A stretch of 53,433 bases of DNA from Coleofasciculus chthonoplastes F2-STO-03 (GCA_040222015.1 JAVJWO010000105.1:1-53433), one strand, 5' to 3'; positions 28,553-40,197 are shown, counted from the stretch's first letter. Notes: a model not told the origin generated them from the sequence alone. Program-made: numbers and translations.

Positions 28553-29785
28553 TCATATCGTTGGGTTTATTTCCACCAACCTCCTGAGTTCGTCTGGAAC
28601 AGGCTTAGAAACGGACTTCAGTTGAGATACTAGGGAATGGGCTAGAGCCACGGCTTTTGCCAGCCGATGCGGATCATTTTCCAGGTTTGCCCTTGATGAT
28701 AATGGAAATGATTGGAAATTGATATCATGATTTGCTTCATGGTATTGATCGAGTTGGTCTAAAATTGGAGCCAGTAATACCCGGGCATAGCTTCCGTAAG
28801 CCACACCCGCGACAAAGGGCTGGATGGGGTTAGCGGTAGTGAGGAGTCCTGCTGCTTTGAGTTTACTGACGGTATGGTAATTGGTTCCACCCGCCAGTTG
28901 CACGTATCCAGGTAAGTTGGCGGATAACACCTTTTGTGCCAGTTTCACGGCTTTGCGAGTGGTTCCTGTACCAATATCACCGCTCATGGGCTTGCCATCG
29001 GTTTGCCAGATGAGGGGACAAGGTAAGGGCGTGATCAGATGGTAAAGTTCCCAGAGATAATCAATCAAGCCCTCACCATCCGGACAACTTATAGCCAGCA
29101 ACTTCAAGGTATGCATCCAGGGAGCGATCGCGCCCCAGAGTCGTTTAAAGTCAGTAAAATGCCCGACTTGGGTGTGAATTTCCAAAGCATCAACGCCCGT
29201 TGAAAGAATCAGTTCCGCTAACGTTGTGGGGGTGGATACATAGGAGCGAGTATAGATCAGTTGACTGGGGCAAACGGGTAAGCAACGTCCGCAGCCATAA
29301 CAGCGTTGATCAATAACACCGGAGAATCCCTTGGGCGAGTGAGGATAGGTGAGGGGTTGGTCAGGTTTCGCCTGTTTTAGGGACTCCGGCGGAGTTGGCG
29401 GTGGCTCAAAGACAATGGCTTGAGCCGGACAAATCGTTTGGCAAGGACGGGGACAGTCTGGAGGACAAGCATTGGGATTAAATTCAGCTTTGCGAAAATG
29501 GGGATCTTCCCCATCATTTAAACTGACCATTAACCAGGGTTGATTACTGTATCCCATGCCTTGTGCAAGACCTGACTCCACGAGACTTGTCGCCACCCCT
29601 AAGGCTGTCTTTGCCGCCGCAATTACGGCAGGGTCAGCTGCCACATCAATACAATCAGCCCCAGCTAGAGTATACGCCAAGGTGAGGTTACGAACGGCAG
29701 GTAGGTGCTGAAAACTTGCGCCACAGATGAGCTTGAACCAGCGACCTTCCCTGAGGGATTGTAAGGGAGTGTACAGTTTAGTCAC
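28553..29785 (-). CDS. ldpA: Circadian clock-associated Fe-S protein LdpA
   Basis: WFKLICGAS, DGEDPHFRKA, CPPDCPRPCQTICP and CYGCGRCLPVCP, QLAGGTN. Confidence 0.92.
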   Translation of the reverse strand: MTKLYTPLQSLREGRWFKLICGASFQHLPAVRNLTLAYTLAGADCIDVAADPAVIAAAKTALGVATSLVESGLAQGMGYSNQPWLMVSLNDGEDPHFRKAEFNPNACPPDCPRPCQTICPAQAIVFEPPPTPPESLKQAKPDQPLTYPHSPKGFSGVIDQRCYGCGRCLPVCPSQLIYTRSYVSTPTTLAELILSTGVDALEIHTQVGHFTDFKRLWGAIAPWMHTLKLLAISCPDGEGLIDYLWELYHLITPLPCPLIWQTDGKPMSGDIGTGTTRKAVKLAQKVLSANLPGYVQLAGGTNYHTVSKLKAAGLLTTANPIQPFVAGVAYGSYARVLLAPILDQLDQYHEANHDINFQSFPLSSRANLENDPHRLAKAVALAHSLVSQLKSVSKPVPDELRRLVEINPTI

Positions 29786-30173
29786 CCTTATATGCTAATT
29801 CCTTGTGCCAAAAATGGGGAGATTGATTTCTTTGGAAACCTGGGGGACATGGATTTCATGTTTAATTTTTGTAACATTCATGAATCCTGTTGACCCCGTT
29901 GACAGTAGGGGTTGGGTAACCAAACCCTTTGAAGGATTCCCCATTCCCACAAAAAGACCCCGCTCTGTTCATTTGGCGGAGTCAACCTTAACTCTCTACT
30001 ACACTAAAAAGATTACTGCAATCCCAGGGCTAGATCTATAAAGTTTCGGTAAAGTTCCGGGGGAAAAGGTTAAAGATTCTGTAAAGCTACTCTCGGTTCA
30101 TCGCCATACTCCTCAGTCAGTTAAGGAGAGTAGAGACTCCTCTGGTGGAACGTTTAATTCGGATAGGGGATAA

Positions 30174-30350
30174 GCCTTAGAAACGCAAATTCGAGATCGC
30201 CAACAAGCTGAAGCCGAGGTGCGATCGCTGAATGCACAACTCGAACAGCGTGTCAATGAGCGAACCAAAGAACTCCAACAGGTGAATCACCAATTAGCCG
30301 CTCAAATCCAGGAACGCATTCACGCTGAAGACGCGCTACGCCAAGCCGAA
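30174..30350 (+). pseudogene. Orphan fragment paralogous to the coiled-coil linker of the downstream hybrid kinase
   Basis: Translates as [59 protein letters not shown], colinear with 31052-31228; no start codon. Confidence 0.8.
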
Positions 30351-30664
30351 ATGTTTATTATAGATAAAGTATTCCATGTTAGAGGATAAAGAGTTCTGAC
30401 AAGTTATGCTACTAAATAGACAGAAACGGGTGATTTACCATTAGCTTTTAATCTTTCGCCATTTACTACAGGAAACGGAATTCAATCAAACTATCCCTGA
30501 TTTCCTTTGTTTCGACAGCAGCTTGGACTTGGTGTCCCCCAATCAAGGGAGCCAGGGCGCATCGCTATGCGCCCCTACCCTCAATCGGCTCACAGCAAAA
30601 CAACCTAGAGCATTCATTCCCTTGGATAAGGGAGTCAATTTGCTGAATTATTGAAGGACTGACA

Positions 30665-33600
30665 ATGCCAGATTTATTAACAACACTGTTGTATATTCCT
30701 CACGGTCATTGCTACTTGTGGCAAACGAATTTAGTTTCCCTACATGTTATTTCTGACGCCTTAATCGCGCTGGCTTATTTTTCAATTCCTGTTACTCTGC
30801 TTTACTTTGTTAACCAGCGACAGGATATCCCGTTTCCGAAAGTATTTTTCTTATTCGGTGCTTTTATTATTGCCTGTGGGATGACTCATGCTATGGGAGT
30901 CTGGACGCTTTGGTTTCCAAATTATTGGCTCTCTGGCTTGATTAAAGCAGTTACGGCTTTGGTTTCCTGTTACACGGCGATGGTACTGATTCCGCTGACT
31001 CCCCAAGCCTTGGCGCTACCCAGCTCCGCTCAACTGCAAGCGGCGAATCAGGCGTTGGAAACTCAAATCCGCGATCGCAAACAAGCAGAAGCGGCGGTGC
31101 GTACTCTAAATTCACAACTTGAGCAGCGTGTCAATGAGCGTACCAAAGAATTAACACGGGTAAATGAGAAATTAGAACGGGAAATCAAAGAACGTATTCA
31201 AGTCGCCGACGCCTTGCTGGAAGCCGAAGAAAACTATCGCAGTATCTTTGAAAAAGCGGGTTGGGGTATCTTCCAAACCACCCCCGATGGACAGTATCTT
31301 AGCGCTAACCCGGCTCTGGCTCAGATTTATGGCTATCCCTCCCCCGAAGCCCTGATCAGTCGCCTCACCAATGGTGAACATCAACTCTACGTGGATCAAA
31401 GCCAACGGGCTGAATTTAAACGCCTAATTCATCAACAGGGTTCTGTCTCCAGCTTCGAGTCCCAAGTGTATCGCCAAGATGGGAGTATTATCTGGATTAG
31501 TGAAAATACTCGTGCGGTACGGGATGGAAATGGTGTGTTGCTCTACTATGAAGGCTCCGTCGAAGATATTAGCGATCGCAAGCAAGCCGCCGAACAGTTA
31601 CAAGCTAGTGAGCAAAAGCTACGCCAAATCATTGATCTAGTGCCTCACTTTATTTTCGCCAAAAATTTAGATGGACAGTTTATCTTAGTCAATCAAGCGA
31701 TCGCAGATGCTTACGGGACAACAGTCGAACACTTGCTTAACCACAAAGACGAGGACTTTATTAAATCCCCCGAACAACTGCGCCGCATTCGCGAAGAAGA
31801 ACGGCAAATTATCCAACAGGGACAACCCAAACACATCCCAGAGGAACGGATTACCGATGCTCAGGGTAACATCCGCATCGTGGAAACCACCCGCATTCCT
31901 TTCTATGTCACCGGTTCAGCAACACCCGCAATTTTAGGCATTGCTATTGATATTACTCAACGCAAACACATTGAGCAAGAACTGCGCGAAAATGCTGCCA
32001 TCATTCGCGCCTTATACGAAGTCACAACTGGACAAAATTCTGACTTTGAGCAAAAGCTACAAAACTTACTAACCATGGGACGCCGCCAGTTTAATCTGGA
32101 TGTCGGTATCCTCTCTCATATCGAAAACATTGACACCGAGAACGGGCGTTATGAAATCATCGCCGCCCAAATGCCCAATAATTTGAACTTCAAAGGGGTG
32201 ACTCTTGACCTGAAACAAACCTACTGCGGCGAAATCGTACACGCCAAAAAACCCCTTTGTATCTTATCCGCTAGCACCAGCCAATGGCACAATCACCCCG
32301 GCTTCAAAGTTTTCCAAGTCGAAGCCTATATCGGTGTCCCTGTGGTTGTCGCTGGAGACTTGTATGGTACGCTCTGTTTCGCTAGTCTCACTCCCCGACA
32401 AACGCCATTCAAAGATATAGAAATAGAACTGTTAAGACTGATGGCGCAGTGGATTGGTGGAGAAATTGAGCGTCAACAGGCGGCACAAGAATTGGCACAA
32501 GCTCGTGATGTGGCTTTGGCAGCGACTCGTGCCAAAAGTGACTTCCTCGCCACGATGAGTCATGAAATTCGCACGCCGATGAATGGGGTGATTGGTATGA
32601 CCGGACTGCTGTTGGATACCAACTTAACCTCTCAGCAACAGGAATTTGTTACCACGATTCGTAATAGTGGCGATACCTTACTCACCATTATTAATGATAT
32701 TCTCGACTTCTCCAAGATTGAATCCGGCAAAATGGAGTTGGAAGAAGTCTCCTTTGATCTGCAAGTTTGTATTGAAAATTGTTTGGATCTGTTAGCCGCC
32801 AAAGCCACTGATAAAAACTTAGAACTTGCCTATCAAATTACACCTCAAACTCCCCGGATGATTGTCGGCGATGCGACTCGATTACGACAAATTATGGTCA
32901 ATCTGTTGAGTAATGCGGTTAAATTTACCCAATCAGGGGAAGTGATTGTTTCCGTTAACGCCGAGAAACTCGACTATGAACAATGGGAGCGCCTGGAAAC
33001 AAAAACTAGCCTAACTCCACGGATTACTCCCTCGGCGGCTACCCCTCATTATCGGATTCAATTTGCGGTTAAGGATACCGGGATTGGTATTCCCCCAGAA
33101 CGATTAAATCGATTATTTCAACCTTTCAGTCAAGTCGATTCCTCCACCACCCGCAAATACGGTGGCACAGGATTGGGACTTGCCATCTGTAAGCAATTGT
33201 GCGAAATGATGGGCGGAAAAATGTGGGTAGAAAGTCAAGATGGAGTGGGTTCAACCTTTTACTTCACTCTGGTGGTTCCGGCTGATCCGACTACCCAGCA
33301 GAATACGAATCAGGTTTGTCGGTTGGAACTCGATGGTCAACGACTGCTAATTGTGGATGATAATGACACCAATCGTAAGATTTTGATGCGCCAAGCTCAA
33401 GTTTGGGGAATGGAATGCTATGCGGCACAATCAGGGGTTCAAGCCTTAGATTGGCTACATCAGGGAGAACGGTTTGATCTGGCGATTCTGGATATGCAGA
33501 TGCCAGAGATGGATGGGGTGACATTGGCGCAAAAAATCCGTAAAGTTCCCGGTTGTCAAACGCTGCCTCTGGTGATGCTCTCGTCTCTGGGTGAGTTGCA

Positions 33601-34696
33601 AGTCGATACACCTGATGTGAAGCAGACGTTTGCTGGGTTTCTGACTAAACCGATTAAACAGTCTCAACTGTGTGATGTGCTGATGCAAGCGATGGCGGGG
33701 ATACCGATTAAGGTGAAAATCCACAGCGCCAAGAAACCAGACATTGATGCCAAGATGGGTGAACGGTTGCCCCTACGGATTTTACTGGCGGAAGATAATC
33801 CAGTGAATCAGCAGGTAGCGTTGCATCTGTTGCAACGGATGGGATATCGAGCAGATGTAGCAGGGAATGGGTTAGAAGTCTTAGAAGCGCTACGGCGTCA
33901 GCCTTATGATGTGGTGTTTATGGATGTACAGATGCCAGAAATGGATGGGTTAGAGGCATCCCGGCGCATTTGTCAAGAGTGGTGTGATTTAGATGGGAAG
34001 ACTCAATCACAACGTCCGCGAATTATTGCCATGACCGCTAATGCCATGGTTGGCGATCGCGAAATGTGCATTGAGGCAGGTATGGATGATTATATCAGCA
34101 AACCCATCCGCATTGAGGAATTGGTTGAGGCGTTAAAGAAAGCAGGGGAAGCAGGGGAAGCAGTGGGAGCAGGGGGAGCAGGGGGAGCAGGGGGAGCAGG
34201 GGGAGCAGGGGGAGCAGAGGGAGCTTGTAGAGACGTTCCGGTGGAACGTCTGGGAGCAGAGGGAGAGGAGATTAAAGCCTCTGGGAGTTCTGTTGATACA
34301 ACCCCATCGGATAGTACCACGGTGGCGGGATTGGATCTGTCCGATAAAGCCGTGTTTGACCCGGTAATTTTTCAACAATTACGTGAGATGCTGAATCAAG
34401 AGGAAATATTAGCCGAAGTGATTACTCGCTATCTAGAGGAGGCGCCTAAACTCTTACAAGATTTGTCTGATGGAATAACTCAAGGACAAACAGAACTGCT
34501 GAAGCGAACCGCTCATACCTTGAAATCCAGCAGTGCGATGTTAGGAGCAAGCCGTTTAGCTCATTTGTGTCAGGAGTTAGAAGCCAAGGCGAATCGTGAT
34601 ACCGTTGAATTTAAAGCTGCGCTATTATCGCAGATTAAAGCTGAATATGAACCCGTGAAAAGGGTTTTATTGGAACACAAACCAGACAAAACTTAG
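30665..34696 (+). CDS. Hybrid sensor histidine kinase: ETR1-like membrane domain, 2 PAS, GAF, HisKA, HATPase, 2 REC, Hpt
   Basis: [13 protein letters not shown]...[39 protein letters not shown]; two receiver domains; AHTLKSSS. Confidence 0.93.
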   Translation: MPDLLTTLLYIPHGHCYLWQTNLVSLHVISDALIALAYFSIPVTLLYFVNQRQDIPFPKVFFLFGAFIIACGMTHAMGVWTLWFPNYWLSGLIKAVTALVSCYTAMVLIPLTPQALALPSSAQLQAANQALETQIRDRKQAEAAVRTLNSQLEQRVNERTKELTRVNEKLEREIKERIQVADALLEAEENYRSIFEKAGWGIFQTTPDGQYLSANPALAQIYGYPSPEALISRLTNGEHQLYVDQSQRAEFKRLIHQQGSVSSFESQVYRQDGSIIWISENTRAVRDGNGVLLYYEGSVEDISDRKQAAEQLQASEQKLRQIIDLVPHFIFAKNLDGQFILVNQAIADAYGTTVEHLLNHKDEDFIKSPEQLRRIREEERQIIQQGQPKHIPEERITDAQGNIRIVETTRIPFYVTGSATPAILGIAIDITQRKHIEQELRENAAIIRALYEVTTGQNSDFEQKLQNLLTMGRRQFNLDVGILSHIENIDTENGRYEIIAAQMPNNLNFKGVTLDLKQTYCGEIVHAKKPLCILSASTSQWHNHPGFKVFQVEAYIGVPVVVAGDLYGTLCFASLTPRQTPFKDIEIELLRLMAQWIGGEIERQQAAQELAQARDVALAATRAKSDFLATMSHEIRTPMNGVIGMTGLLLDTNLTSQQQEFVTTIRNSGDTLLTIINDILDFSKIESGKMELEEVSFDLQVCIENCLDLLAAKATDKNLELAYQITPQTPRMIVGDATRLRQIMVNLLSNAVKFTQSGEVIVSVNAEKLDYEQWERLETKTSLTPRITPSAATPHYRIQFAVKDTGIGIPPERLNRLFQPFSQVDSSTTRKYGGTGLGLAICKQLCEMMGGKMWVESQDGVGSTFYFTLVVPADPTTQQNTNQVCRLELDGQRLLIVDDNDTNRKILMRQAQVWGMECYAAQSGVQALDWLHQGERFDLAILDMQMPEMDGVTLAQKIRKVPGCQTLPLVMLSSLGELQVDTPDVKQTFAGFLTKPIKQSQLCDVLMQAMAGIPIKVKIHSAKKPDIDAKMGERLPLRILLAEDNPVNQQVALHLLQRMGYRADVAGNGLEVLEALRRQPYDVVFMDVQMPEMDGLEASRRICQEWCDLDGKTQSQRPRIIAMTANAMVGDREMCIEAGMDDYISKPIRIEELVEALKKAGEAGEAVGAGGAGGAGGAGGAGGAEGACRDVPVERLGAEGEEIKASGSSVDTTPSDSTTVAGLDLSDKAVFDPVIFQQLREMLNQEEILAEVITRYLEEAPKLLQDLSDGITQGQTELLKRTAHTLKSSSAMLGASRLAHLCQELEAKANRDTVEFKAALLSQIKAEYEPVKRVLLEHKPDKT

Positions 34697-34777
34697 TTCG
34701 TAGTCAGGGCTTTAGCCCTAGTTCGTAGTCAGGGCTTTAGCCCTAGTTTGTAGTCAGGGCTTTAGCCCTAGTTCGTA
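34694..34777. repeat. 25-nt tandem repeat x3.3 (TAGTTCGTAGTCAGGGCTTTAGCCC)
   Basis: Three near-identical adjacent units with internal palindrome GGGCTTTAGCCC; the first supplies the kinase stop codon. Confidence 0.9.
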
Positions 34778-34807
34778 ACTATTTCACTCTTTTGGTATAG
34801 TAATCTT

Positions 34808-35401
34808 ATGACCACAGACCTAATTGACCCAACACTTGATCAAGCGATCGCGTTTTTAACCACGTCTTCTACCAAACCCCCTGAATCCAAAGCTGTGGTT
34901 GAGGCACTATTAACCGCTGAGAAGACAGCCAAACAGACGAAAGTACGCCATAGCTATTCCCAGTTGCTGAGAACATGGCGATTAGGATTTATCACTGGAA
35001 CCAAACGCTCTCGTCAACGTGCTGGCGTGGTGTTGGGTGCGGGACGGTTTTTGCCGAAATGGGTAAAGATTCAGTTATCCTACTCCCCCTCAGAAGCGAG
35101 TCAAGACCAAGGAACAGTAGTAAATTCGGTGGAACTGGGATCTCTGCACCTAGTTGTCACTGGACCGACTCAGTTTTTTGCTAAGACGAATATCCTGGCT
35201 TTTGATTTCACCCGCATAAACCTGTCATTATTTGGCTTAAAATTATATAACGGATATATTCGCGGCGGTCAAGAGCGAGAGGCTTCTTTTTATGATAAAC
35301 CGTTAAAAGATAAGGCATTTTTTACCTATTTTCTCGTCGAAAATCAAGCAATTGCCGCAAGAGGACGCGGCGGTGGGTTGGCATTGTGGACAGCATTGTA
35401 G
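34808..35401 (+). CDS. Conserved cyanobacterial hypothetical protein (possibly PAP/fibrillin/lipocalin-like)
   Basis: 197-aa ORF, WRLGFITG near the N-terminus and ARGRGGGLALW at the C-terminus. Confidence 0.65.
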   Translation: MTTDLIDPTLDQAIAFLTTSSTKPPESKAVVEALLTAEKTAKQTKVRHSYSQLLRTWRLGFITGTKRSRQRAGVVLGAGRFLPKWVKIQLSYSPSEASQDQGTVVNSVELGSLHLVVTGPTQFFAKTNILAFDFTRINLSLFGLKLYNGYIRGGQEREASFYDKPLKDKAFFTYFLVENQAIAARGRGGGLALWTAL

Positions 35402-35411
35402 GGATAGCATT

Positions 35412-35475
35412 GTAGGGGCGGGTTTAGGAACTAAATTATCTTGTTATCCCTAACGTACAAACAAAACCCGCCCTA
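35412..35475 (+). repeat. GTAG-type REP-like palindrome (GTAGGGGCGGGTTT-N~37-AAACCCGCCC)
   Basis: Same arms recur at 40234-40295, 41558-41617 and 43170-43227. Confidence 0.8.
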
Positions 35476-35493
35476 TCTCACCTTAAATCAAGA

Positions 35494-37086
35494 TTAAAAC
35501 GTCAATGTAACTCGGATAGTACCAACATAAATCGCATCATTATCATCATTGTGTTCTGGATTAGTAATTACAAATACTCCCGGAGTAATCGAGATATCGT
35601 CATTCAGCGAAAAACGGTAAAATGCTTCTAGATGTAATGCTGTATCCCGATCCTCAAAATCCGTACCCAGTTCATTATCAAGAATCTTCGGCGGTTGACC
35701 AATTACAATACCGACTAAACTATCTTCTTGGCCAAAATCCGGCAAAGCCAACAACATCGCCCAGGTAAAGATATTAGCATTAGGTTGATTGGGTAAGTCC
35801 TTAGCTTGCGCTTGAATTAAACCCACTCGCCCGCCTAAAATAAATCCTGGATTGACTCGTATAGAGGCTTCAGCAGCAAAAGAGTTAGCCCTTACGTCTT
35901 CAGCATCGCGATTAAACGGATCACTGGTTAATTCGCTACCTGTTCCGGTATTAAAACTATTCGAGGAACGGGCATAAGTGAAACTTAAAGACGTGAATTC
36001 ATTAGGTTGCCAGGTTAATTGTGCGATCGCAGCATAAGTATCATTGCCCAAAATCCCATTATCAGCTTCATTCGCATCGATCGCAACATACCCCAAGGCT
36101 AGATTAACAGACTCCCCCAAGTTCTGAGAAATGCCAATTCCTGCCCCTTCTCCTTGACGGCGGATGGGATTCTCTCGCCCAAAGGTAGAAATGGAACCAT
36201 CTCCACTTCCGCTAAATAGAGGATTGACGGTGGGGATTAAATCGCCTAACCCAATCCCTACTGTACCTAAACTCACTTGGGTTTGGGGAGTGACTAAAAA
36301 TCGGTACTCTAATTCATCAATTTCGACTTCATTGTCATCATTTCCATCAAACCCCAAATTCGCCATTTGTGTACCTGTTGCGGCTTCAAATTCTGGAATA
36401 GAACGACCTTGTAAACGAATTTGCAGTCTATCTTTTCCAGTAAAGCTTGTTTCTAAGGTGAGGCGAACTCGATTGCCAAAGGTGAGATTATCGTCAATGG
36501 GTTCACCACTTCCATCGGCTTTTTCTGTACCCTGAACTCCACTGAGCGCAAAAATGACTTCTCCTTCTAATTCAGACGTGGGAGAAAATTGCTGAGATTC
36601 TAATTGAGTTGTGCTAGTTTCTAGGCTGTATAACCCTTCTGTCAGTGTGCTTAATTCGGCAGCAAAATCTTGCTGTAACCGTTGCAATGTTTCTAGATCA
36701 GTTTCGGAAACTGAGTTTGTTGCACTGTTGACATTTTGTTGATAAATGTGATCCAGACAAGCCTTTAATCCAGCGGCAAATTCATAGCGAGTCAGGGTTT
36801 GATTCCCTCGATAGGTGTTATTAGGATATCCGGTGAGGCAACCATAGCGATCAATGAGCGATCGCAATGCCTGAAATGCCCAATCCTCAGCACTGACATC
36901 GGATAGCTCAGACACAGGTGTAATGGCGTTCATCCCCGGATTAGTGGGTTCCTCTATGATGGAACTATTGTGATTAATATCTGTTGGTAGAAACTCGTTA
37001 GCTAGAGTGGTATTTGTTCCCATCATAGGACAAACTAAAACAGACATCACAAGCCCTAGTTTTTGAGATAAACGTTTTACAATCAT
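35494..37086 (-). CDS. Cyanobacterial SLH-domain/OprB-family outer-membrane porin
   Basis: SDVSAEDWAFQALRSLIDRYGCL.GYP...TRYEFAAGL, coiled coil, QFSPT...GEVIF, C-terminal Phe. Confidence 0.9.
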   Translation of the reverse strand: MIVKRLSQKLGLVMSVLVCPMMGTNTTLANEFLPTDINHNSSIIEEPTNPGMNAITPVSELSDVSAEDWAFQALRSLIDRYGCLTGYPNNTYRGNQTLTRYEFAAGLKACLDHIYQQNVNSATNSVSETDLETLQRLQQDFAAELSTLTEGLYSLETSTTQLESQQFSPTSELEGEVIFALSGVQGTEKADGSGEPIDDNLTFGNRVRLTLETSFTGKDRLQIRLQGRSIPEFEAATGTQMANLGFDGNDDNEVEIDELEYRFLVTPQTQVSLGTVGIGLGDLIPTVNPLFSGSGDGSISTFGRENPIRRQGEGAGIGISQNLGESVNLALGYVAIDANEADNGILGNDTYAAIAQLTWQPNEFTSLSFTYARSSNSFNTGTGSELTSDPFNRDAEDVRANSFAAEASIRVNPGFILGGRVGLIQAQAKDLPNQPNANIFTWAMLLALPDFGQEDSLVGIVIGQPPKILDNELGTDFEDRDTALHLEAFYRFSLNDDISITPGVFVITNPEHNDDNDAIYVGTIRVTLTF

Positions 37087-37114
37087 CTTCTATTTGAAAC
37101 TTAGCTAGAGTGGG

Positions 37115-38149
37115 TTAAGTTCCGACTGAGGTGACACACTGTTTCGCCAGACGTTGTTCGCACAGTTCTAATATTGTTTCGGTAAAGGGACACCGTTCCG
37201 GAAACTGTGTGCTGATGTAAATATGTCGCACCAAGGTCAAGGTTGTATAAGACTGAATCGCCGGACGAAGGGCTTCACCCGTAAGCTGAATAAATCTCTC
37301 TGTTAAAGCATTTTCTCGATCCATTAATGCCTCTGGATTCCCCAATGTCCGCAAACTTTGCTCAGTGATATGTCCAATAAAGTTACCAATATCTAAGCCG
37401 GGATTGCCTTGACAATATAAATCCAGATCGAGTAAATAAAGGCGAGTGCCATCGACAATGATTTGGTCAGAATAAAAGTCGCGATGAATACCCAAAAGTT
37501 GAGGTTCTGGGGTCATCGCCGCCACGCGATCGCACCCAGCTAAAATTTGCTCTAAACGGATTTCCCACTGGGGTTTGAGTTGAGCGACTAGGGGGAGACG
37601 TTCGTGCAAAATTCGCAGTTCATCTGCTATGGTGTGGCGGCGCTGGGGCAGAATTTTGGCTTGATGTAGTTTATGGATGGCTTCGGCAATGCGTTTAGCT
37701 AAGGGAATTCCTTTGGGTTGAGGGAGTAGTTTTGTGGCGGTTACTCCGGGTACTTTGCGCTGAAGCCACATCTGAAAGTCGGGAATTACGGCGATGGGTT
37801 CGGGTATACTAATTCCATCGTTACTATTATCGGTAAATCCTTTCTGCCAAAGGGTTTGGTTGAGTTGATAGCTTTTGAAATCGGTGCCTTTTGCCCGGAC
37901 TTTACCGAGAAGGGTGATGGGAATGGTGGAATTATTGGGGTTTTTGATAGTTAGGTCATATTCTATTAAACAACGCCGTCCGGGTTTGTGGCGAATGACG
38001 CGAATGGCACAAAGGTTGCTTTTTTGAAGGGGTTGTGGTAAGTTTTTGGCAAGTTCTTGCTGGACGGTGATTGGGTTAAGGGCTGCGGTAAGGAATGACA
38101 GGTTTGAATCGGTGGTGATGTTGAATGGATCGATTACTGGAATGGTCAT
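37115..38149 (-). CDS. Aminoglycoside phosphotransferase (APH/choline-kinase-like) family protein
   Basis: RHKPGRRCLIEY, catalytic HRDFY..Q, DLD, DIGNF. Confidence 0.82.
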   Translation of the reverse strand: MTIPVIDPFNITTDSNLSFLTAALNPITVQQELAKNLPQPLQKSNLCAIRVIRHKPGRRCLIEYDLTIKNPNNSTIPITLLGKVRAKGTDFKSYQLNQTLWQKGFTDNSNDGISIPEPIAVIPDFQMWLQRKVPGVTATKLLPQPKGIPLAKRIAEAIHKLHQAKILPQRRHTIADELRILHERLPLVAQLKPQWEIRLEQILAGCDRVAAMTPEPQLLGIHRDFYSDQIIVDGTRLYLLDLDLYCQGNPGLDIGNFIGHITEQSLRTLGNPEALMDRENALTERFIQLTGEALRPAIQSYTTLTLVRHIYISTQFPERCPFTETILELCEQRLAKQCVTSVGT

Positions 38150-38343
38150 GGGATTGACGATTTTAGATTGATGCTTTACTTGTGATTGGGGTTAAATTGG
38201 TGGCGTCTAAATGATGTTTTTTTAACGCCGAGGAACGCAGAGGTAAGCGCAGAGGGGCGCAGAGGTATTGGGGGGATTGGGATGAAGGGTTGGGGAAATT
38301 GGAGGAATAAGGGGAAATGATAGGTGTTCCCTTTTAACAGTTA

Positions 38344-40197
38344 TTATTTTCTTGTCCCTTGTAAGTTTATGTCTTGCCTTCTGCTTTCTCTATCGGCTGG
38401 AGATTGCATCTGATATAAGCTGGTATATTTTCCATTGAGTTGCATTAACTGAGAATGAGTTCCTTGTTCGAGTATTTGTCCGTTTTCTATGTAGAGAATT
38501 AAATCAGCATGAGCGGCGAGGGTTAAGTCATGGGTGATGATAAAGGTGGTGCGGTTTTTGGCTACGCTTTCTAGGGCGGTAATCACGGCTTTTTCGTTGT
38601 GTTTGTCTAAACCTGTTGTGGGTTCATCGAGGATGAGAATGGGGGCTTTGCGAATGGCGGCTCGTGCAATGGCTAAACGTTGACGTTGTCCCCCGGATAG
38701 GGTGGAGCCTCGTTCCCCTAAGATGGTGTCGTAGCCTTGGGGAAGCGCTTCGACAAATTCATGAGCATTGGCAAGACGCACTGCTGCTTCAATCTCGGCG
38801 TGGGTAGCATCGGGAACACCGTAGCCGATGTTTTCCCAAACGGTGGCGGCAAAGAGTAAACTGTCTTGCATGACGACACTAATTTGAGTTCGCAATGATT
38901 TGAGGGTATAGTCACGAATATCTCGTCCATCAATCATGACTCGCCCTTCAGTGGGGTCATACAGACGCAAAAGTAGGCTCAGAAGTGTCGATTTACCACT
39001 CCCGGAGGTGCCCACGAGAGCTACTTGTTGTCCGGGTTTTACGTCTAATTCAATGGCTTTGAGTAAGGGATTACCGGCTTGATAGGCAAAGCTGACGCAA
39101 TCAAATCTGACATATCCTTGAAATGGAGGCGCGACAATGGCAAAGGGGGAATCGTCAACCTCCGGTGTTTCATCTAAAATGTCTAAAACACGCTCCCCAG
39201 AGGCTACTGCTTTTGATAGTCGCCCAGTATATTTAGCAAAGTTCTGTATTGGTTTAAAGGCTTGTTTGAGATAGGTTAAGAAAACTAGAACATCTCCAGG
39301 GGTGAGATGATCTCGTAATGCTAACCTGGCACCGTACCACAAGACAATGGCTGTACCAATGGCAATGATCACATCCACAGTACGTTCCAAGCTAGCGGAT
39401 AAGCGTTGGGTTTTCACACTTTCCTTGAGACTGCGGTGATTTGCTTGGGAGAAGACATTGGCGAAGGCGTCTTGCAGGGAAAGGGCTTGCACCAGTTTAA
39501 TCGCACTAATTGATTCGGCTAGAGTGGCGGCGACAGCACCCTCACGCCGACGCTGCTGACGCGAGGCTTGCTGAATTCGCTCACTCAGACGGGTGGCGGC
39601 AAACCAAAAGAATGGTAAGGTAATTAAGGCTAATAATGTTAGATCGCGATCGATCCAAAACATGACTCCAATCATACCTAAGAGTGTCAGAATACTGACG
39701 ATAAGGGGCATGATTGCGGTGAGAACAATTTCTTGTAATCGGGTTGTATCGGTGCTGATTCGCACTAATAAATCACCACTTCTGGCTTTAGTATGGTAGG
39801 AGAGAGATAGGCACTGAAGATGGCGATACAGTTGTTCGCGGATTTCAGTTAAAATACGGCTACTCGCTAGGGCTAAACTCACGGTACTCCAGTATGACGC
39901 CATTGCTCGCAGTGCGGTGATGGCGATTATCCCTAAAGCCGAGAGGGTTAGTAATGTTACTGGATCAAAACGATTTAGAATACCAATATTTGCATCAGGA
40001 GCATCAATTAAAATATAGTCAAAAATAAACTTCAGGGGCCAAGGCTCAAGTAATCGCAACACTACCTCAGCGAATAGAGCGAATACCGCTGTGATTAAGA
40101 GTAAACTTTGTTTCTGAAGATAGGGGGCGAAGCGATGTAATATTCGCCAAAAACTAGGAATAGATTTTTTTGTCATTTGTCTTATGTCATTCGTCAT
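38344..40197 (-). CDS. ABC exporter, fused permease/ATPase (MsbA-like)
   Basis: N-terminal TM helices; GTSGSGKST, LSGGQRQR, ILDEPT. Confidence 0.93.
   Translation of the reverse strand: MTNDIRQMTKKSIPSFWRILHRFAPYLQKQSLLLITAVFALFAEVVLRLLEPWPLKFIFDYILIDAPDANIGILNRFDPVTLLTLSALGIIAITALRAMASYWSTVSLALASSRILTEIREQLYRHLQCLSLSYHTKARSGDLLVRISTDTTRLQEIVLTAIMPLIVSILTLLGMIGVMFWIDRDLTLLALITLPFFWFAATRLSERIQQASRQQRRREGAVAATLAESISAIKLVQALSLQDAFANVFSQANHRSLKESVKTQRLSASLERTVDVIIAIGTAIVLWYGARLALRDHLTPGDVLVFLTYLKQAFKPIQNFAKYTGRLSKAVASGERVLDILDETPEVDDSPFAIVAPPFQGYVRFDCVSFAYQAGNPLLKAIELDVKPGQQVALVGTSGSGKSTLLSLLLRLYDPTEGRVMIDGRDIRDYTLKSLRTQISVVMQDSLLFAATVWENIGYGVPDATHAEIEAAVRLANAHEFVEALPQGYDTILGERGSTLSGGQRQRLAIARAAIRKAPILILDEPTTGLDKHNEKAVITALESVAKNRTTFIITHDLTLAAHADLILYIENGQILEQGTHSQLMQLNGKYTSLYQMQSPADRESRRQDINLQGTRK

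Noticed and set aside
34694..34777. Possible mini CRISPR array
   Set aside because: Units are directly adjacent with no spacers, and there are no cas genes in the window
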